Counted from the first letter of the stretch, positions 1 to 9,279 are shown. The stretch: 28,557 nucleotides of DNA from Deltaproteobacteria bacterium Ga0077550 (GCA_001464385.1 LNFB01000258.1:1-28557); one strand, 5' to 3'. Notes: generated from the sequence alone by a model not told the origin. Translations and numbers: made by a program.

Positions 1-158
1 CCCACGATCACCGCGACCGAGCTGGCGACCGGCCGCGCGGTCGCCTGGTCCACCCCGCGGTGGGGCTGGCGGGGCGGCCTGGCCGTGCGGGTGGGGCTGG
101 GCCGGATTCCACCGGGGCCCGTGAAGCGGCGGGCCGCGGCGCGCATGGAGGGGGCAGG

Positions 159-716
159 GTGACCCCCGAACCCCAGGCCGTCTCCGCGACCGAGCTGTTC
201 CGGCGGCACGCGGGGTTCATCGCGCGCTTCGTGGTGCGCTACGGGGTCGAGCTCGCCGATGTCGACGACGTGGTGCAGGAGGTGTTCCTCGTCGCGCACG
301 CCCACGGCGGCTATCGGCCCGGGCCGGCCAAGCCCACGAGTTGGCTCGCGGCGATCGCCGTGCGCGTCGCGTCGTCGCACCGCCGCAAGCTGCGGACCCG
401 CGCGTTCGGGCGCGGTCAGGGCGAGCTGATCGACGAGGCGGCCAGTGACGCACCCAGCCCCGAGGTCCGCGCCGCGCTCGACGGCGACATGCTGCGGTTG
501 CACGCCGCGCTGCGCTCGCTCGCGCCCGAGCACCGCGTGACGTTCATCCTGTTCGAGCTCGAGGGCGAGCCCTGCACCTCGATCGCCGCCGCGACCGGCG
601 TGCCCGTCGGCACCGTGCACTCGCGGCTGTACCTCGCGCGCCGCCGACTGCGAGACGCGCTCGGCTCCCCATCGCCCCGCGCCCAGGAGATCCAATGGAC
701 GAGCCACGACCCCTGA
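159..716 (+). CDS. ECF (sigma-70 family, RpoE-like) RNA polymerase sigma factor
   Basis: ORF 60..716. The translation shows sigma-70 region 2 (ELFRRHAGFIARFVVRYGV...DVVQEVFL) and region 4 (HRVTFILFELEGEPCTSIAAATGVPVGTVHSRLYLARRRL). The Gly/Arg-rich N-terminal 33 aa look like read-through, so an in-frame GTG at 159 (VTPEPQ...) is the probable start. The stop overlaps the next gene. Confidence 0.8.
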   Translation: MTPEPQAVSATELFRRHAGFIARFVVRYGVELADVDDVVQEVFLVAHAHGGYRPGPAKPTSWLAAIAVRVASSHRRKLRTRAFGRGQGELIDEAASDAPSPEVRAALDGDMLRLHAALRSLAPEHRVTFILFELEGEPCTSIAAATGVPVGTVHSRLYLARRRLRDALGSPSPRAQEIQWTSHDP

Positions 717-1480
717 GCGACGACGATCGCGATCCACTCGCGCGGCTGGTCCGCCACGGGCGGGGCCTCGAGGTCGCGTACGACGTCGAGGCTGGGCTCG
801 CGCGGCACATTGCGGCGATCGACGGCGGCGCGCAGCCGTGGTCGATGACCAGCGGCGGCTCGGGATGGGGCCTGGGCTTGGGCCTCGGCGTCATCGCGAT
901 CGCGGCGGTGGTCGCCGGGTGGATCGCGATGCGGTCACCGGAGGCCACGCCGGTCGCGACCGCGGCGACCGACGACGTCGCGGTGATCGACGCGGCGCCT
1001 GTGCCCCAGACCCGGGCCTTCGCGTCGGCGGCGATCGTCCCCACGTCGACGGCCGCGGGCGCCGTCGCGGTCGACGAGGTCGCGCCGCCGTCGGGGTCGC
1101 TGCCGGCCGTGCCGGCGCGGGGGTTGCCGCCGCGCGCCCGGCCGGTCGCGCCGCGCGTCGCCGCGTCTGCACCGACCGCCGCGTCGGCGCCCGAGCAGGC
1201 GCCGAGTACCGACGATCGCATCGCCCGCGAGGCCGCGCAGATCCGACAGATCCGCCGCGACCTCGCCGAGGGCCGCGCGGCCGCGGCCCTGCGCAGCTGC
1301 GACGCAGGTGACGACGAGTTCGGCGACGGCGTGTTCGCCCTCGAGCGGCAGGGGCTGCGCGTGCTCAGCCTCTTCGCGCTCGGCCGCCGCGACGAGGCGA
1401 TGTCGGCCGCGACGCGCTACCTGGACGCGCACCCCAAGGGGCCGCTCGCCGCGAAGATCCGCGCCGCCGCGGCCGACTGA
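695..1480 (+). CDS. membrane-anchored anti-sigma factor
   Basis: The gene overlaps the upstream sigma gene by 22 nt. AGGAGA lies 4 nt upstream of ATG 695. The protein has a short cytoplasmic N-terminus, one TM helix (GLGLGLGVIAIAAVVAGWIAM), a Pro/Ala-rich linker and a C-terminal helical TPR-like segment. This architecture and the operon position are typical of anti-sigma partners. The family was not identified by motif. Confidence 0.55.
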   Translation: MDEPRPLSDDDRDPLARLVRHGRGLEVAYDVEAGLARHIAAIDGGAQPWSMTSGGSGWGLGLGLGVIAIAAVVAGWIAMRSPEATPVATAATDDVAVIDAAPVPQTRAFASAAIVPTSTAAGAVAVDEVAPPSGSLPAVPARGLPPRARPVAPRVAASAPTAASAPEQAPSTDDRIAREAAQIRQIRRDLAEGRAAAALRSCDAGDDEFGDGVFALERQGLRVLSLFALGRRDEAMSAATRYLDAHPKGPLAAKIRAAAAD

Positions 1481-1482
1481 CG

Positions 1483-2058
1483 CTACGCGATCGCGCTGCC
1501 GCGGTAGACGTCGTCCACGACCAGGAGGCAGTCGAGGCTGTCCACCCGCACGCGCCCGCCGGCGATCGCGACGCGGGCCGCCCATTGGCCGTCGTCGAGC
1601 CGGTGATGCACGACGACGCGACGCTCCCGGTGCGAGATGATGACGTACTCGCGAAGCGACGGGATCGTCCGGTAGTACTCGAGCTTCGCTCCGGTGTCGT
1701 ACTCCTCCGAGGAGTCGCTCGTGACCTCGACGAGTACGCTCGGATTCAACGCGGTGGCGTTCGGGCTCGGTGGGTGGTGCTCGAGTGGGCCGCAGATCAC
1801 CGCGCCGTCGGGGAACGTCGCCAGGCCCGCGGCCTCGACATAGATGCGGAGATCGGAGGTGTGGGCGCGGCACGGCCGATCGCCGATCGCGTTGCCCAAC
1901 GCGCGCAGCACCTCGGCGGCGAGGGCCGAGTGCTCCTCGGATCCGCCCGCCATCGCGTAGATCTCGCCGTCGAGGAACTCGTGCTTCGTGGGGCTCTGTT
2001 GCTCGAGCGCCACGTACTCCGCGTAGGTGTAGCGATGGACGCGGCGCGCGAACGACAT
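1483..2058 (-). CDS. Uma2-family (DUF820) PD-(D/E)xK endonuclease-like protein
   Basis: This is the C-terminal 192 codons of ORF 1483..2304, starting at ATG 2058 (MSFARRVH...). Characteristic Uma2 features are present: HEFLDGEIYAMAGGSEEHSAL, VLVEVTSDSSEEYDTGAKLEYY and REYVIISHRE. The arginine-rich N-terminal extension of the long ORF is likely non-coding. Confidence 0.8.
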   Translation of the reverse strand: MSFARRVHRYTYAEYVALEQQSPTKHEFLDGEIYAMAGGSEEHSALAAEVLRALGNAIGDRPCRAHTSDLRIYVEAAGLATFPDGAVICGPLEHHPPSPNATALNPSVLVEVTSDSSEEYDTGAKLEYYRTIPSLREYVIISHRERRVVVHHRLDDGQWAARVAIAGGRVRVDSLDCLLVVDDVYRGSAIA

Positions 2059-2144
2059 GACGCCGCCGAGCGTAGCACGGGTGATCGTCGCAGGGGCGTC
2101 GGCCGCACCGGAATTGCCGGGCGCGCGGGTGTCTGTCGCGGACC

Positions 2145-3125
2145 ATGATGCCTTCGACTTGCACTCGAGCACCGGGCGGCCTTGCGACGATCCTCGTGAT
2201 CGCGGTGCTCGGCCCCGCCGCGTGCGGCGATCCGGGGGCCGGCGGCGACGCGGGCACGACGACCGACGCGAGCACCGGTGTCGCTGAGGGGAGCGCGAGC
2301 GCATCGACGACGGCGCCGACGGGGGAGGGCAGCTCGGGATCGACGGACGGCGGCGGCTCCACGGGCGGCGGCGACACGACGGCCGACACGTCGAGCAGCG
2401 GCGCGGGCGACAGCGAGTCGAGCACGGGCGACGTCGGTCCGATGGGCCTGCCCACGCTCGGCTCGTTGGTGGTGCTCGGCGACTCGATCAGCGACGGGGG
2501 CGGTGGCGCGCCGTTCTACTACACGCTGCTGCACGCCGACCTCGACGCGTTCTACGGCGACGTGCAGTACGTCAACGTCGCGCAGAGCGGCTCCGAGACC
2601 GAGGCGCTGCTCGGTCAGGTGCAGGACCTCCCCGCGGCGCTGCCCGGCCCCGTCGCGGTGGTGATCACGAGCGGCGGCAACGACATGAAGGCCAACATCG
2701 TCGCGGTCGTGACGGGCGTCGACGGCCCGGCCAAGGCCGCGCTGCAGGCCAACATCGCCGCGGCCCAGGACGCCCTGCTCGCGCCCAATCGCTTCGGCCC
2801 GGGGGTCGAGGTCCATCTCTTCGAGGGCAACATCTACGACGCGAGCGACGGCGTCGGGGACTTCGGCGCCAACGACTGCGCGTTCGGGGGCGGCTTCCCG
2901 ACGATCCCGACCGATCCGTTCTTCGAGGCGTGGAACGCCGCGATCGCCGAGACCACCGAGGCCCACGGCGGCCGTGCGGTCGACATGCACGCGTGGTTCT
3001 ACGGCCACGGCTACCACACGCCACCGAACTGGTACGCGTCCGACTGCACGCACCCGAGCACGCTCGGCCACGATCAGCTGCGGCGGCTGTTCTACACCGA
3101 GATCACCGGCGCCACGCTGCCCTGA
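2145..3125 (+). CDS. SGNH/GDSL-family hydrolase lipoprotein
   Basis: There is a signal peptide with lipobox (AVLGPAAC|G), then a Gly/Ser/Thr/Asp-rich low-complexity linker. The SGNH blocks follow: block I LVVLGDSISDGGG, block III ITSGGNDM and block V DCTHPSTLGHDQL (catalytic D-x-x-H). Confidence 0.75.
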   Translation: MMPSTCTRAPGGLATILVIAVLGPAACGDPGAGGDAGTTTDASTGVAEGSASASTTAPTGEGSSGSTDGGGSTGGGDTTADTSSSGAGDSESSTGDVGPMGLPTLGSLVVLGDSISDGGGGAPFYYTLLHADLDAFYGDVQYVNVAQSGSETEALLGQVQDLPAALPGPVAVVITSGGNDMKANIVAVVTGVDGPAKAALQANIAAAQDALLAPNRFGPGVEVHLFEGNIYDASDGVGDFGANDCAFGGGFPTIPTDPFFEAWNAAIAETTEAHGGRAVDMHAWFYGHGYHTPPNWYASDCTHPSTLGHDQLRRLFYTEITGATLP

Positions 3126-3217
3126 GTCCGCCCTGGCGTGTCGAGTGCGCATGCGACGAGTCGCTGCGATCCGTCCCGGTTTCTCTCGCGCGCACGACAT
3201 CCCGTCGCACGTCGACG

Positions 3218-4852
3218 ATGGGCGCAGCTCGGACGCAACCGCCCTCGACGATGCCCGTCGCAACGTGCATGCATCCCTCCGCTCCACGTCGCCTCCTCGC
3301 ATTTTATCCATGGCTCGCGTCGATCTCCCTCGCCGCCGCGTGCGCGTCGGATCCACCCGCGAACGACGCGGTCGACGTCGAAGACCGCGGCCCGCTGGGC
3401 AAGGCCGACTTCATCGGCAGCTGCCAGGCGGAGGGCGATGATGACTACTGCGGCGGAAAAAGTGCGGGCGACTGCTGGTGCGACGAGTGGTGCGCGTCGT
3501 ACGGCGATTGTTGCCCGGACAAGGTCGCGGTCTGTGATTGCGCCTGCGACGGGTCCGATGACGCGCCGGAGTGCGAGGCCGTCTGCAACCCGCCGCCGGT
3601 CTGCGGCGACGGCGTGGTCGAGGGCGACGAGACCTGCGACGGCGATGACCTCGCGGGGGTGTCGTGCGAGTCACTCGGGTACACGGGCGGCACGCTCGCG
3701 TGTGCCGTCGATTGCACGCTCGACGCCGCGGGTTGCACGTCGGGGCCCGCCTGCGAGGCGTTCGCGGGCAACACACCGGAGTTCGTCGAGCAATTCACGC
3801 TGGACCTGGTCGCCCCCCGCGGCGTGCGGATCGGTGACCTCGACGGGGATGGTCACCGCGATCTGCTCGTGGTGAGTCGACAGGGCGCCGACGATGGCCT
3901 CGTGCTGCTTCGCAACGACGGCACCGCCGCGTTCACCGAGGTCGCGCGCTTCGCCGATCGTTGGTGGCCGCAGCGGCCCCGGATCGTGGACCTCGACGCG
4001 GACGGCATCCCCGATCTCGTCGACCTCGGCGCCCACGGTGGCCTCGCGGTCAACACCCGCATCGTCGTGCGCCGCGGCCTGGGCGGCTTCGCCTATGCCG
4101 CGCCCGTGGTCTACGCCGTGCCGAGCTCGAACACGCGGGAGTTCGCGCTCGCCGATCTCGACACCGACGGCGATCTCGACGTCGTCGTCGCGGGGCAAGC
4201 GTCGGTCGGCGTGCGCATGGGCAACGGCAACGGGACGTTCGCGGCGCAGGTGACCTACGCGATGGGCCAGGGGCAGGCGCGCGGCGTCGAGGTGATCGAC
4301 GTCGACGCGAATGCGGCGCTGGACGTGGTGGTGCGGACGGCCACCGGGGTCTGCATCTTCCCCGGGGCCGGCGACGGCACGTTGGTCGGCGGCGCCCAGG
4401 TGTGTACGGCCATCGGCGCCGACGTCAACGACTTCATCGTCGGTCAGCTCAGCGCGGACGCGCATGTCGACGTCGGCTGGGTCCGCGCCGACGGCTCGCG
4501 GCTGGGCCTCGGTCTGGGTGGTGCCGCCGGGGTGCTGACGGGCACGCTGGGCGAGATCGACACGGCGTCCCAGCGCGCGCGCTCCCTCGAGCTCGGCGAT
4601 CTCGACTGCGACGGCAACGCCGACCTGGTGCCGTACACGTCGGGCACCCTGCTCGACGCCTTCGAGGTCCACCGCACCGACGGCGCCGGCGGACTGCTCG
4701 ATCCGGTGATCGTGCCCCTGGCGAGCCCGACGGCCCTCGATCTCGGCGATCTCGACGGTGACGGTGCGGACGACGTCGCCGTCGCACAGAGCCGAACGAC
4801 GGGCGTCGGCGCGGTGCAACGGGTGGCGGTGTACCGCACGACGCTGCACTGA
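3218..4852 (+). CDS. secreted/lipoprotein with N-terminal Cys-rich (Myxococcus cysteine-rich repeat-like) domain and FG-GAP/VCBS beta-propeller repeats
   Basis: ORF 2930..4852. The 5' part overlaps the SGNH gene, so the real start is one of ATG 3218, 3251 or 3269; the exact start is uncertain. The signal peptide is MHPSAPRRLLAFYPWLASISLAAAC. The Cys-rich region includes CGDGVVEGDETCDGDDLAGVSCESLGYTGGTLACAVDCTLDAAGC (compare the TIGR02232-type myxo cysteine repeat). There are then at least 6 repeats of the FG-GAP type: DLDGDGHRDLLV, DLDADGIPDLV, DLDTDGDLDVVV, DVDANAALDVVV, DLDCDGNADLV and DLDGDGADDVAV. Confidence 0.7.
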   Translation: MGAARTQPPSTMPVATCMHPSAPRRLLAFYPWLASISLAAACASDPPANDAVDVEDRGPLGKADFIGSCQAEGDDDYCGGKSAGDCWCDEWCASYGDCCPDKVAVCDCACDGSDDAPECEAVCNPPPVCGDGVVEGDETCDGDDLAGVSCESLGYTGGTLACAVDCTLDAAGCTSGPACEAFAGNTPEFVEQFTLDLVAPRGVRIGDLDGDGHRDLLVVSRQGADDGLVLLRNDGTAAFTEVARFADRWWPQRPRIVDLDADGIPDLVDLGAHGGLAVNTRIVVRRGLGGFAYAAPVVYAVPSSNTREFALADLDTDGDLDVVVAGQASVGVRMGNGNGTFAAQVTYAMGQGQARGVEVIDVDANAALDVVVRTATGVCIFPGAGDGTLVGGAQVCTAIGADVNDFIVGQLSADAHVDVGWVRADGSRLGLGLGGAAGVLTGTLGEIDTASQRARSLELGDLDCDGNADLVPYTSGTLLDAFEVHRTDGAGGLLDPVIVPLASPTALDLGDLDGDGADDVAVAQSRTTGVGAVQRVAVYRTTLH

Positions 4853-5023
4853 GTTGCGGGATCAGGCTACGTAGATCGCTCGACGGTCCACGTCCGCGGA
4901 TGTCCCACCCACGGCGAGCGCGACGCACAGCAGTTCGATGCATCGACCAGGATCGGCAGGAACTCGCGGGGGGTGTCGTGGAACAACGGGGTTCGCTGGC
5001 GTCACGCCGCCACCGACACCGCC

Positions 5024-6700
5024 ATGTCCACCGCACCTCGCCGTCCGCATCACCGCACCATCACCGTCGCCCACGTCGCCGTGCTCGGCACCTCGCTGCT
5101 CGCCGCGTGCGACGAGGCGAGGGACACCCGCGACGACGGGGGCGCCGGCATCTCGGGCGTCGACGACGTCGCCCCACGCACGCTCGAGGAGATGTTCGCC
5201 GAGGCCGCGGACGACTACGACGTGCCGATGCCGCTGCTGCTCGCGATCGGCCACGTCGAGACGCGGTGGCAGATGATCGCCGGGTCCGACGAGTTCGAGC
5301 ACGGCGCGCCGGCGGTCGGCGTCATGGGGCTGCGCGGCGATCGGATCGCCGAGGCGGCCGCCCTCGCCGGGCTCGATCCTGCGGAGGTGGCCGCGGATCC
5401 CCACGCCAACATCCGCGCCGCGGCGGCGTGGTTGGCCGACCGCGCCGATGCGGCCGGGATGGAGGACCGCACGGACCTCGGCGCGTGGGCGGACGTCGTC
5501 GCCGAGTGGAGCGGACTGTCGCAGGACTGGGCGCGCGCGGCCTACGTCTACGTCGAGGTCTATCCGCGCCTGCGCGAGGGCGCCGTCGAGTACGACGCCG
5601 AGGGAGAGGTCATCGCGGAGCTCGAGCCCACCGAGGCGTATCCCAACTTCACCGTGCCGCCGCCCGAGCCGGCGCTCGCCGCCGGCCCCGACTACGAGCT
5701 GTCGGTGTGGCGGCCGTCGCCCAACACCAGCTCGCGGCCGGCGGGCAACGCAGGCAAGCGCGCGATGATCATCATCCACACGTGCGAGGGCAACTACGTC
5801 GGCTGCTACAGCTGGCTGGCGAACGCGCAGTCGGGCGTCAGCGCCCACTACGTGGTCAACTCCACGGGCACCGAGATCTCGCAGCTCGTCCCCGAGTCCA
5901 AGAAGGGATGGCACATCAGCGCGAAGTACAACTGCGCGCTCAACGACGACCACGACTGCGGTCGCAACGGCGCATCGAGCAACAACTTCACGATCGGCAT
6001 CGAGCACGCCGGGTTCGGTGACCAGGCATCGTGGGACGATGGCCTCATCGATGCGTCGGCGCGGTTGGTCTGCAACATCGCGCGGGACAACGGCATCCCG
6101 ATCGACGACGTCCACATCGTCGGTCACGGCCGGCTGCAGCCGAACAACCGCACCGACCCCGGGCCGAACTGGCCGTGGGCCGAGTACCTCGACCTCGCGC
6201 GGCAGCACTGCGACGAGGCCCAGCCGGAGCCGGAGCCGGAGCCGGATCCCGATCCGCAGCCGCAGCCCGACGTGCCGGCGACGATCGTCGTCGACAACGA
6301 CAACGCCAACAACGATGCGACCTTCGCGATGGCCGCTGCCTCCAACGCGTGGACGAAGACCAGCGCCACGGCCGGCTTCAACGGCACGAACTACCTCTAC
6401 GGCAGCTTCGCCGAGGTGTCGGATCCGGTGTCGTTCTGGTTCTACGCCCCGCAGGCGGGCGTGCGTACGATCGACGCCCGGTGGACCGCGGGCACCAATC
6501 GCACCACCTCTGCGGCGTTCGTCGCCTTCGATGCCGCGGGCAACAGCCTCGGGGTGGCCTACGCCAACCAGACGACCAACGGCGGGGCGTGGCGCGAGCT
6601 CGGCAGCTTCGCCTTCACGGCGGGGTGGAACCGCGTCGCCGTGTCGCGCTGGGGCGGAGGATCGAAGGTCGTGATCGCAGACGCGATCCGGGTGCGATAG
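5024..6700 (+). CDS. multi-domain peptidoglycan hydrolase lipoprotein (lysozyme/SLT-like N-domain + N-acetylmuramoyl-L-alanine amidase (Amidase_2/PGRP) + C-terminal beta-sandwich binding domain)
   Basis: ORF 4973..6700. The lipoprotein signal peptide begins at ATG 5024 (MSTAPRRPHHRTITVAHVAVLGTSLLAAC). The N-terminal domain resembles a lytic transglycosylase: AIGHVETRW...GAPAVGVMGL...ANIRAAAAWL. The central Amidase_2 signatures are KRAMIIIHTCEGNY, SAHYVVNSTG, NNFTIGIEHAG and VGHGRLQPNNRTDPGPNWPW. An EPEPEPDPDPQPQP linker follows, then a ~140-aa Trp/Thr/Asn-rich C-terminal domain that may be golvesin-C-like (low certainty). Confidence 0.75.
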   Translation: MSTAPRRPHHRTITVAHVAVLGTSLLAACDEARDTRDDGGAGISGVDDVAPRTLEEMFAEAADDYDVPMPLLLAIGHVETRWQMIAGSDEFEHGAPAVGVMGLRGDRIAEAAALAGLDPAEVAADPHANIRAAAAWLADRADAAGMEDRTDLGAWADVVAEWSGLSQDWARAAYVYVEVYPRLREGAVEYDAEGEVIAELEPTEAYPNFTVPPPEPALAAGPDYELSVWRPSPNTSSRPAGNAGKRAMIIIHTCEGNYVGCYSWLANAQSGVSAHYVVNSTGTEISQLVPESKKGWHISAKYNCALNDDHDCGRNGASSNNFTIGIEHAGFGDQASWDDGLIDASARLVCNIARDNGIPIDDVHIVGHGRLQPNNRTDPGPNWPWAEYLDLARQHCDEAQPEPEPEPDPDPQPQPDVPATIVVDNDNANNDATFAMAAASNAWTKTSATAGFNGTNYLYGSFAEVSDPVSFWFYAPQAGVRTIDARWTAGTNRTTSAAFVAFDAAGNSLGVAYANQTTNGGAWRELGSFAFTAGWNRVAVSRWGGGSKVVIADAIRVR

Positions 6701-6716
6701 CGCGGACGGGGTGCAC

Positions 6717-6740
6717 GGGGGAGCGCACGAGCGCGCCCCC
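6717..6740. terminator. GC-rich hairpin between convergent genes (possible bidirectional terminator)
   Basis: The sequence GGGGGAGCGC-ACGA-GCGCGCCCCC forms 9 bp of stem with one A·G mismatch. It lies in the 67-bp gap between the convergent genes ending at 6700 (+) and 6768 (-). There is no U-tract, as expected in high-GC genomes. Confidence 0.3.
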
Positions 6741-6767
6741 GAACACCCCGCATACGCCTCGCGGCCC

Positions 6768-9263
6768 TCAGGGCTTGGGCGCCTTGCGCCGCTCCCACGC
6801 GCCGTGGCGCTTCTTCTCCCACGGCTTGATCTCGCGCTCGTCGAGCAACGGCAGCCCGTCTCGCGCGCGGATCTCGTTCGAGAGCTGGCCGAGGACCGCG
6901 CGGTCGCAGTGCTCGGTGTACGCGACCTCCTCGCGACCGGTGCGCGCGAGCAGCTCCTCGGCGACGTAGTAGCCGTTCTTCGCCATCTGCTCGGGCGTCG
7001 GGATCCGGTACGTGATCTTGACGAGCTCGACCTTCGCCGGGCCGACGCCGCCGTGATCGCGGGCCCACTGCCGGCACTGCCAGCGCGCGAACCACTTGCG
7101 GTACCAGTCACCACCGCCGGACTCGCCGCCGATGATGCGGCGGTTCATCTTGCGCAGCCGGTCGTTCCAGATCCACGGGATCGGCTTGCGCTCCTCGGCG
7201 TAGACATCGCTGCGCATGTCCCAGACGTGCCCGTCGTGATCCGTGACGAGCACCTTCATGAACACGTTGCTGCGCGGGGGGTTGGGCGCGAACATGCCCC
7301 AGCCCTGCTCGGTCGTGGTCCGCGTGAGCCACATCGTGAACACGCCGCGCGCCGGGCCCCGGAAGCTCTGCAGACAGTCCTTGTCGGGGAGCAGCCACGT
7401 CGCGACCGCGGTGAGGTGCCAGGCGATGCCGAAGCTCACCACGAACCGGCCGAGCGCGCCGTAGGCCCACGGTGCCGGGGTCGCGGCGATCGTGGTGTTC
7501 GCCTCGGAGGTCGCGGTGTCGCGGGCCTGACGGGCGCGGACCCACGCGACGCCGGCGAGGAACACTGCGGTGGCCACCCAGATCCAGCGGAAGTCCCACT
7601 TCGGCGCGAGCTCGACGCGCACGACGACGCCCGCGACGACGCCTGCGAGGCCGGTGTACAGCGCCCACATCGGCAGCCGCGAGGGGTTGCGCTGCAGCGA
7701 CGGCAGGCGCGGATCCTCGGCCGGCAGCACCGGCTCGCCGCGGGCGACCGACGCCGGGATGAACGGCACCTTCCACAGCGCGAGCCGGTGGCCGACGTCG
7801 CGGAGCAGGCTCGCGATCTCGCGGCCCTGGAGGAACGCGAACGTCGCCGACAACATGCCGGTCTGGAACTGACCGACGCTCATCAGCGTGAAGATGTGGG
7901 CGTGGAAGGCGAGGTGCCAGACCAGCAGCACGCGCCGACCGAAGAACCACTTGCACATCCACTCGCGATCGATGGTCACCGGCCGTGACAGCGCGCGGCC
8001 GAACACCGCGTGCAGCACGATCGGACGGTGCTCGAGCTTGCGCCACAGCAGCCACAGCGCGCCCCAGAGCCCCACCCAGAGGCCGACGAACGTGCCCGCG
8101 CCGATGGCCGGGGTGTAGTGGACCGGCCACGCGGTGTAGACCAGCGCGGCGGTGAGGCCGATGAGCGCCGCGAACGAGGCCCGCGCCAGCCAGCGGCGGG
8201 CACCGACGATGGGCGCGATCTTCTCGCGCATCGCCCACCGCGCGATGATGCCGAAGAGGATCAGCGGGAACGCGGTCTGCCCGATCTTCACCGCCCAGGT
8301 CATCGCCCGCAGCACGGTCGTGCCGGCCAGCGACGCGAGGAACTGCGGCGGCAGCCGGTAGAAGTGATCGAGGTTCATCGCGTAGTACAGCGAGTCGCCC
8401 GCGAGCCACACGCCGCCGGTCTTGAGCGTGCCGGTCGTGACGTAGATCGTCGCGAGCTGGAACATGATCAGCTTGCGCGGCCACGATGGGATGAGCCGGT
8501 AGATCGCCGCGAGGCCCTCGGGGTGCTCGGGGCTCGGGGCCACGCCCGCGCCGTTGCCCGGCCCGCCGCGATCCGACAGCAGCCCCGCGCGGCGCAGCTT
8601 CCGGCAGCGCAGCCAGTTGTCGATGCTGTACGCGTGCCCGCTCTTTGCGAACACGAGGTAGACGAGGAACGTGCGGTAGACGACCTCGGTGCCCTCCCAC
8701 GCCAGCTGGTTGCGGACGAGGATCGAGTTCATCAGGAACCAGGTCGCCGCCGCGGCCAACCGCGTGCGAAAGCCGAGGATCAGGCACAGGCCTGCGACCT
8801 CGAACGCGAACAGATGGGCCCAGAAGAACGTCGGGCTGTCCCAGAAGTAGAGCAGCGACCACTTGGGGCCGCGCAGGAACTGCCAGAGCGCCCCCGCGTC
8901 GAAGAAGCCCCAGGGCTCGTCCGCAGAGGCGCCGTCACCGAAGCCCGCGAACTGCTCGCGGGCGAAGACCTCGCGGGCCACGGCGGTCGGGAAGATGCCC
9001 TCGTCGGTGTAGAGGTACTCGAAGTACTCCCACATGCCGTTGATGTTCGCGACGACGAAGAAGCCGAACACGATGCGGAACACCGCGATGCCGCGGGGAT
9101 CCTCCTTGGTCAGCCACCATCGACGCCACAGATCGGCGTAGGAGATGAACAGCAGGGCGGCGGCGACCGCCGCCCCGAAGAGCAACCAGCCCATCGTGGG
9201 GCCGAGCGCGATCGCCTCCGTGTTGGGGACGCGGTCGGCCAATGCGAGCAGTGTCGAAGCCAT
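6768..9263 (-). CDS. HTTM-domain (vitamin K-dependent gamma-carboxylase-like) polytopic membrane protein, ~830 aa
   Basis: The N-terminal HTTM signature is IAVFRIVFGFFVVANINGMWEYFEYLY, followed by several TM segments. There are at least 8 further hydrophobic helices across the protein. The C-terminal ~180 aa soluble region is W/R-rich (NPPRSNVFMKVLVTDHDGHVWDMRSDVY...WYRKWFARWQCRQWARD). A GGGAG motif lies 5-6 nt upstream of ATG 9263. The total size is comparable to eukaryotic VKGC. Confidence 0.75.
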   Translation of the reverse strand: MASTLLALADRVPNTEAIALGPTMGWLLFGAAVAAALLFISYADLWRRWWLTKEDPRGIAVFRIVFGFFVVANINGMWEYFEYLYTDEGIFPTAVAREVFAREQFAGFGDGASADEPWGFFDAGALWQFLRGPKWSLLYFWDSPTFFWAHLFAFEVAGLCLILGFRTRLAAAATWFLMNSILVRNQLAWEGTEVVYRTFLVYLVFAKSGHAYSIDNWLRCRKLRRAGLLSDRGGPGNGAGVAPSPEHPEGLAAIYRLIPSWPRKLIMFQLATIYVTTGTLKTGGVWLAGDSLYYAMNLDHFYRLPPQFLASLAGTTVLRAMTWAVKIGQTAFPLILFGIIARWAMREKIAPIVGARRWLARASFAALIGLTAALVYTAWPVHYTPAIGAGTFVGLWVGLWGALWLLWRKLEHRPIVLHAVFGRALSRPVTIDREWMCKWFFGRRVLLVWHLAFHAHIFTLMSVGQFQTGMLSATFAFLQGREIASLLRDVGHRLALWKVPFIPASVARGEPVLPAEDPRLPSLQRNPSRLPMWALYTGLAGVVAGVVVRVELAPKWDFRWIWVATAVFLAGVAWVRARQARDTATSEANTTIAATPAPWAYGALGRFVVSFGIAWHLTAVATWLLPDKDCLQSFRGPARGVFTMWLTRTTTEQGWGMFAPNPPRSNVFMKVLVTDHDGHVWDMRSDVYAEERKPIPWIWNDRLRKMNRRIIGGESGGGDWYRKWFARWQCRQWARDHGGVGPAKVELVKITYRIPTPEQMAKNGYYVAEELLARTGREEVAYTEHCDRAVLGQLSNEIRARDGLPLLDEREIKPWEKKRHGAWERRKAPKP

Positions 9264-9279
9264 GGTCGTCTCCCGTCGA

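Noticed and set aside
60-158. N-terminal 33 codons of ORF 60..716 (MGLAGRPGRAGGAG...)
   Set aside because: This stretch is Gly/Arg/Ala-rich and precedes the conserved sigma region 2 by an unusually long distance. An in-frame GTG at 159 gives a canonical ECF N-terminus, so the extension is probably not translated.
1-162. Open frame entering from the window start and ending in TGA 160-162, overlapping the ECF sigma GTG (GTGA)
   Set aside because: It could be the 3' end of an upstream gene coupled to the sigma factor. The 53-aa fragment (…WGWRGGLAVRVGLGRIPPGPVKRRAAARMEGAG*) has no recognisable features, so it is not called.
935-2455. 506-aa - strand ORF overlapping the anti-sigma, Uma2 and SGNH genes
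   Set aside because: The Arg/Gly/Pro-rich composition has no motifs. It is antisense or off-frame to well-supported genes, a typical high-GC artefact. The same applies to 1797..3356 (-), 3671..4849 (-), 4862..7114 (-), 7108..8862 (-), 8010..9293 (+), 10800..12794 (-) and 11126..12859 (+).
4866-4873. CTACGTAG palindrome in the 170-bp intergenic region before the peptidoglycan hydrolase gene
   Set aside because: It is short, isolated, and has no repeat partner, so there is not enough to call a regulatory site.
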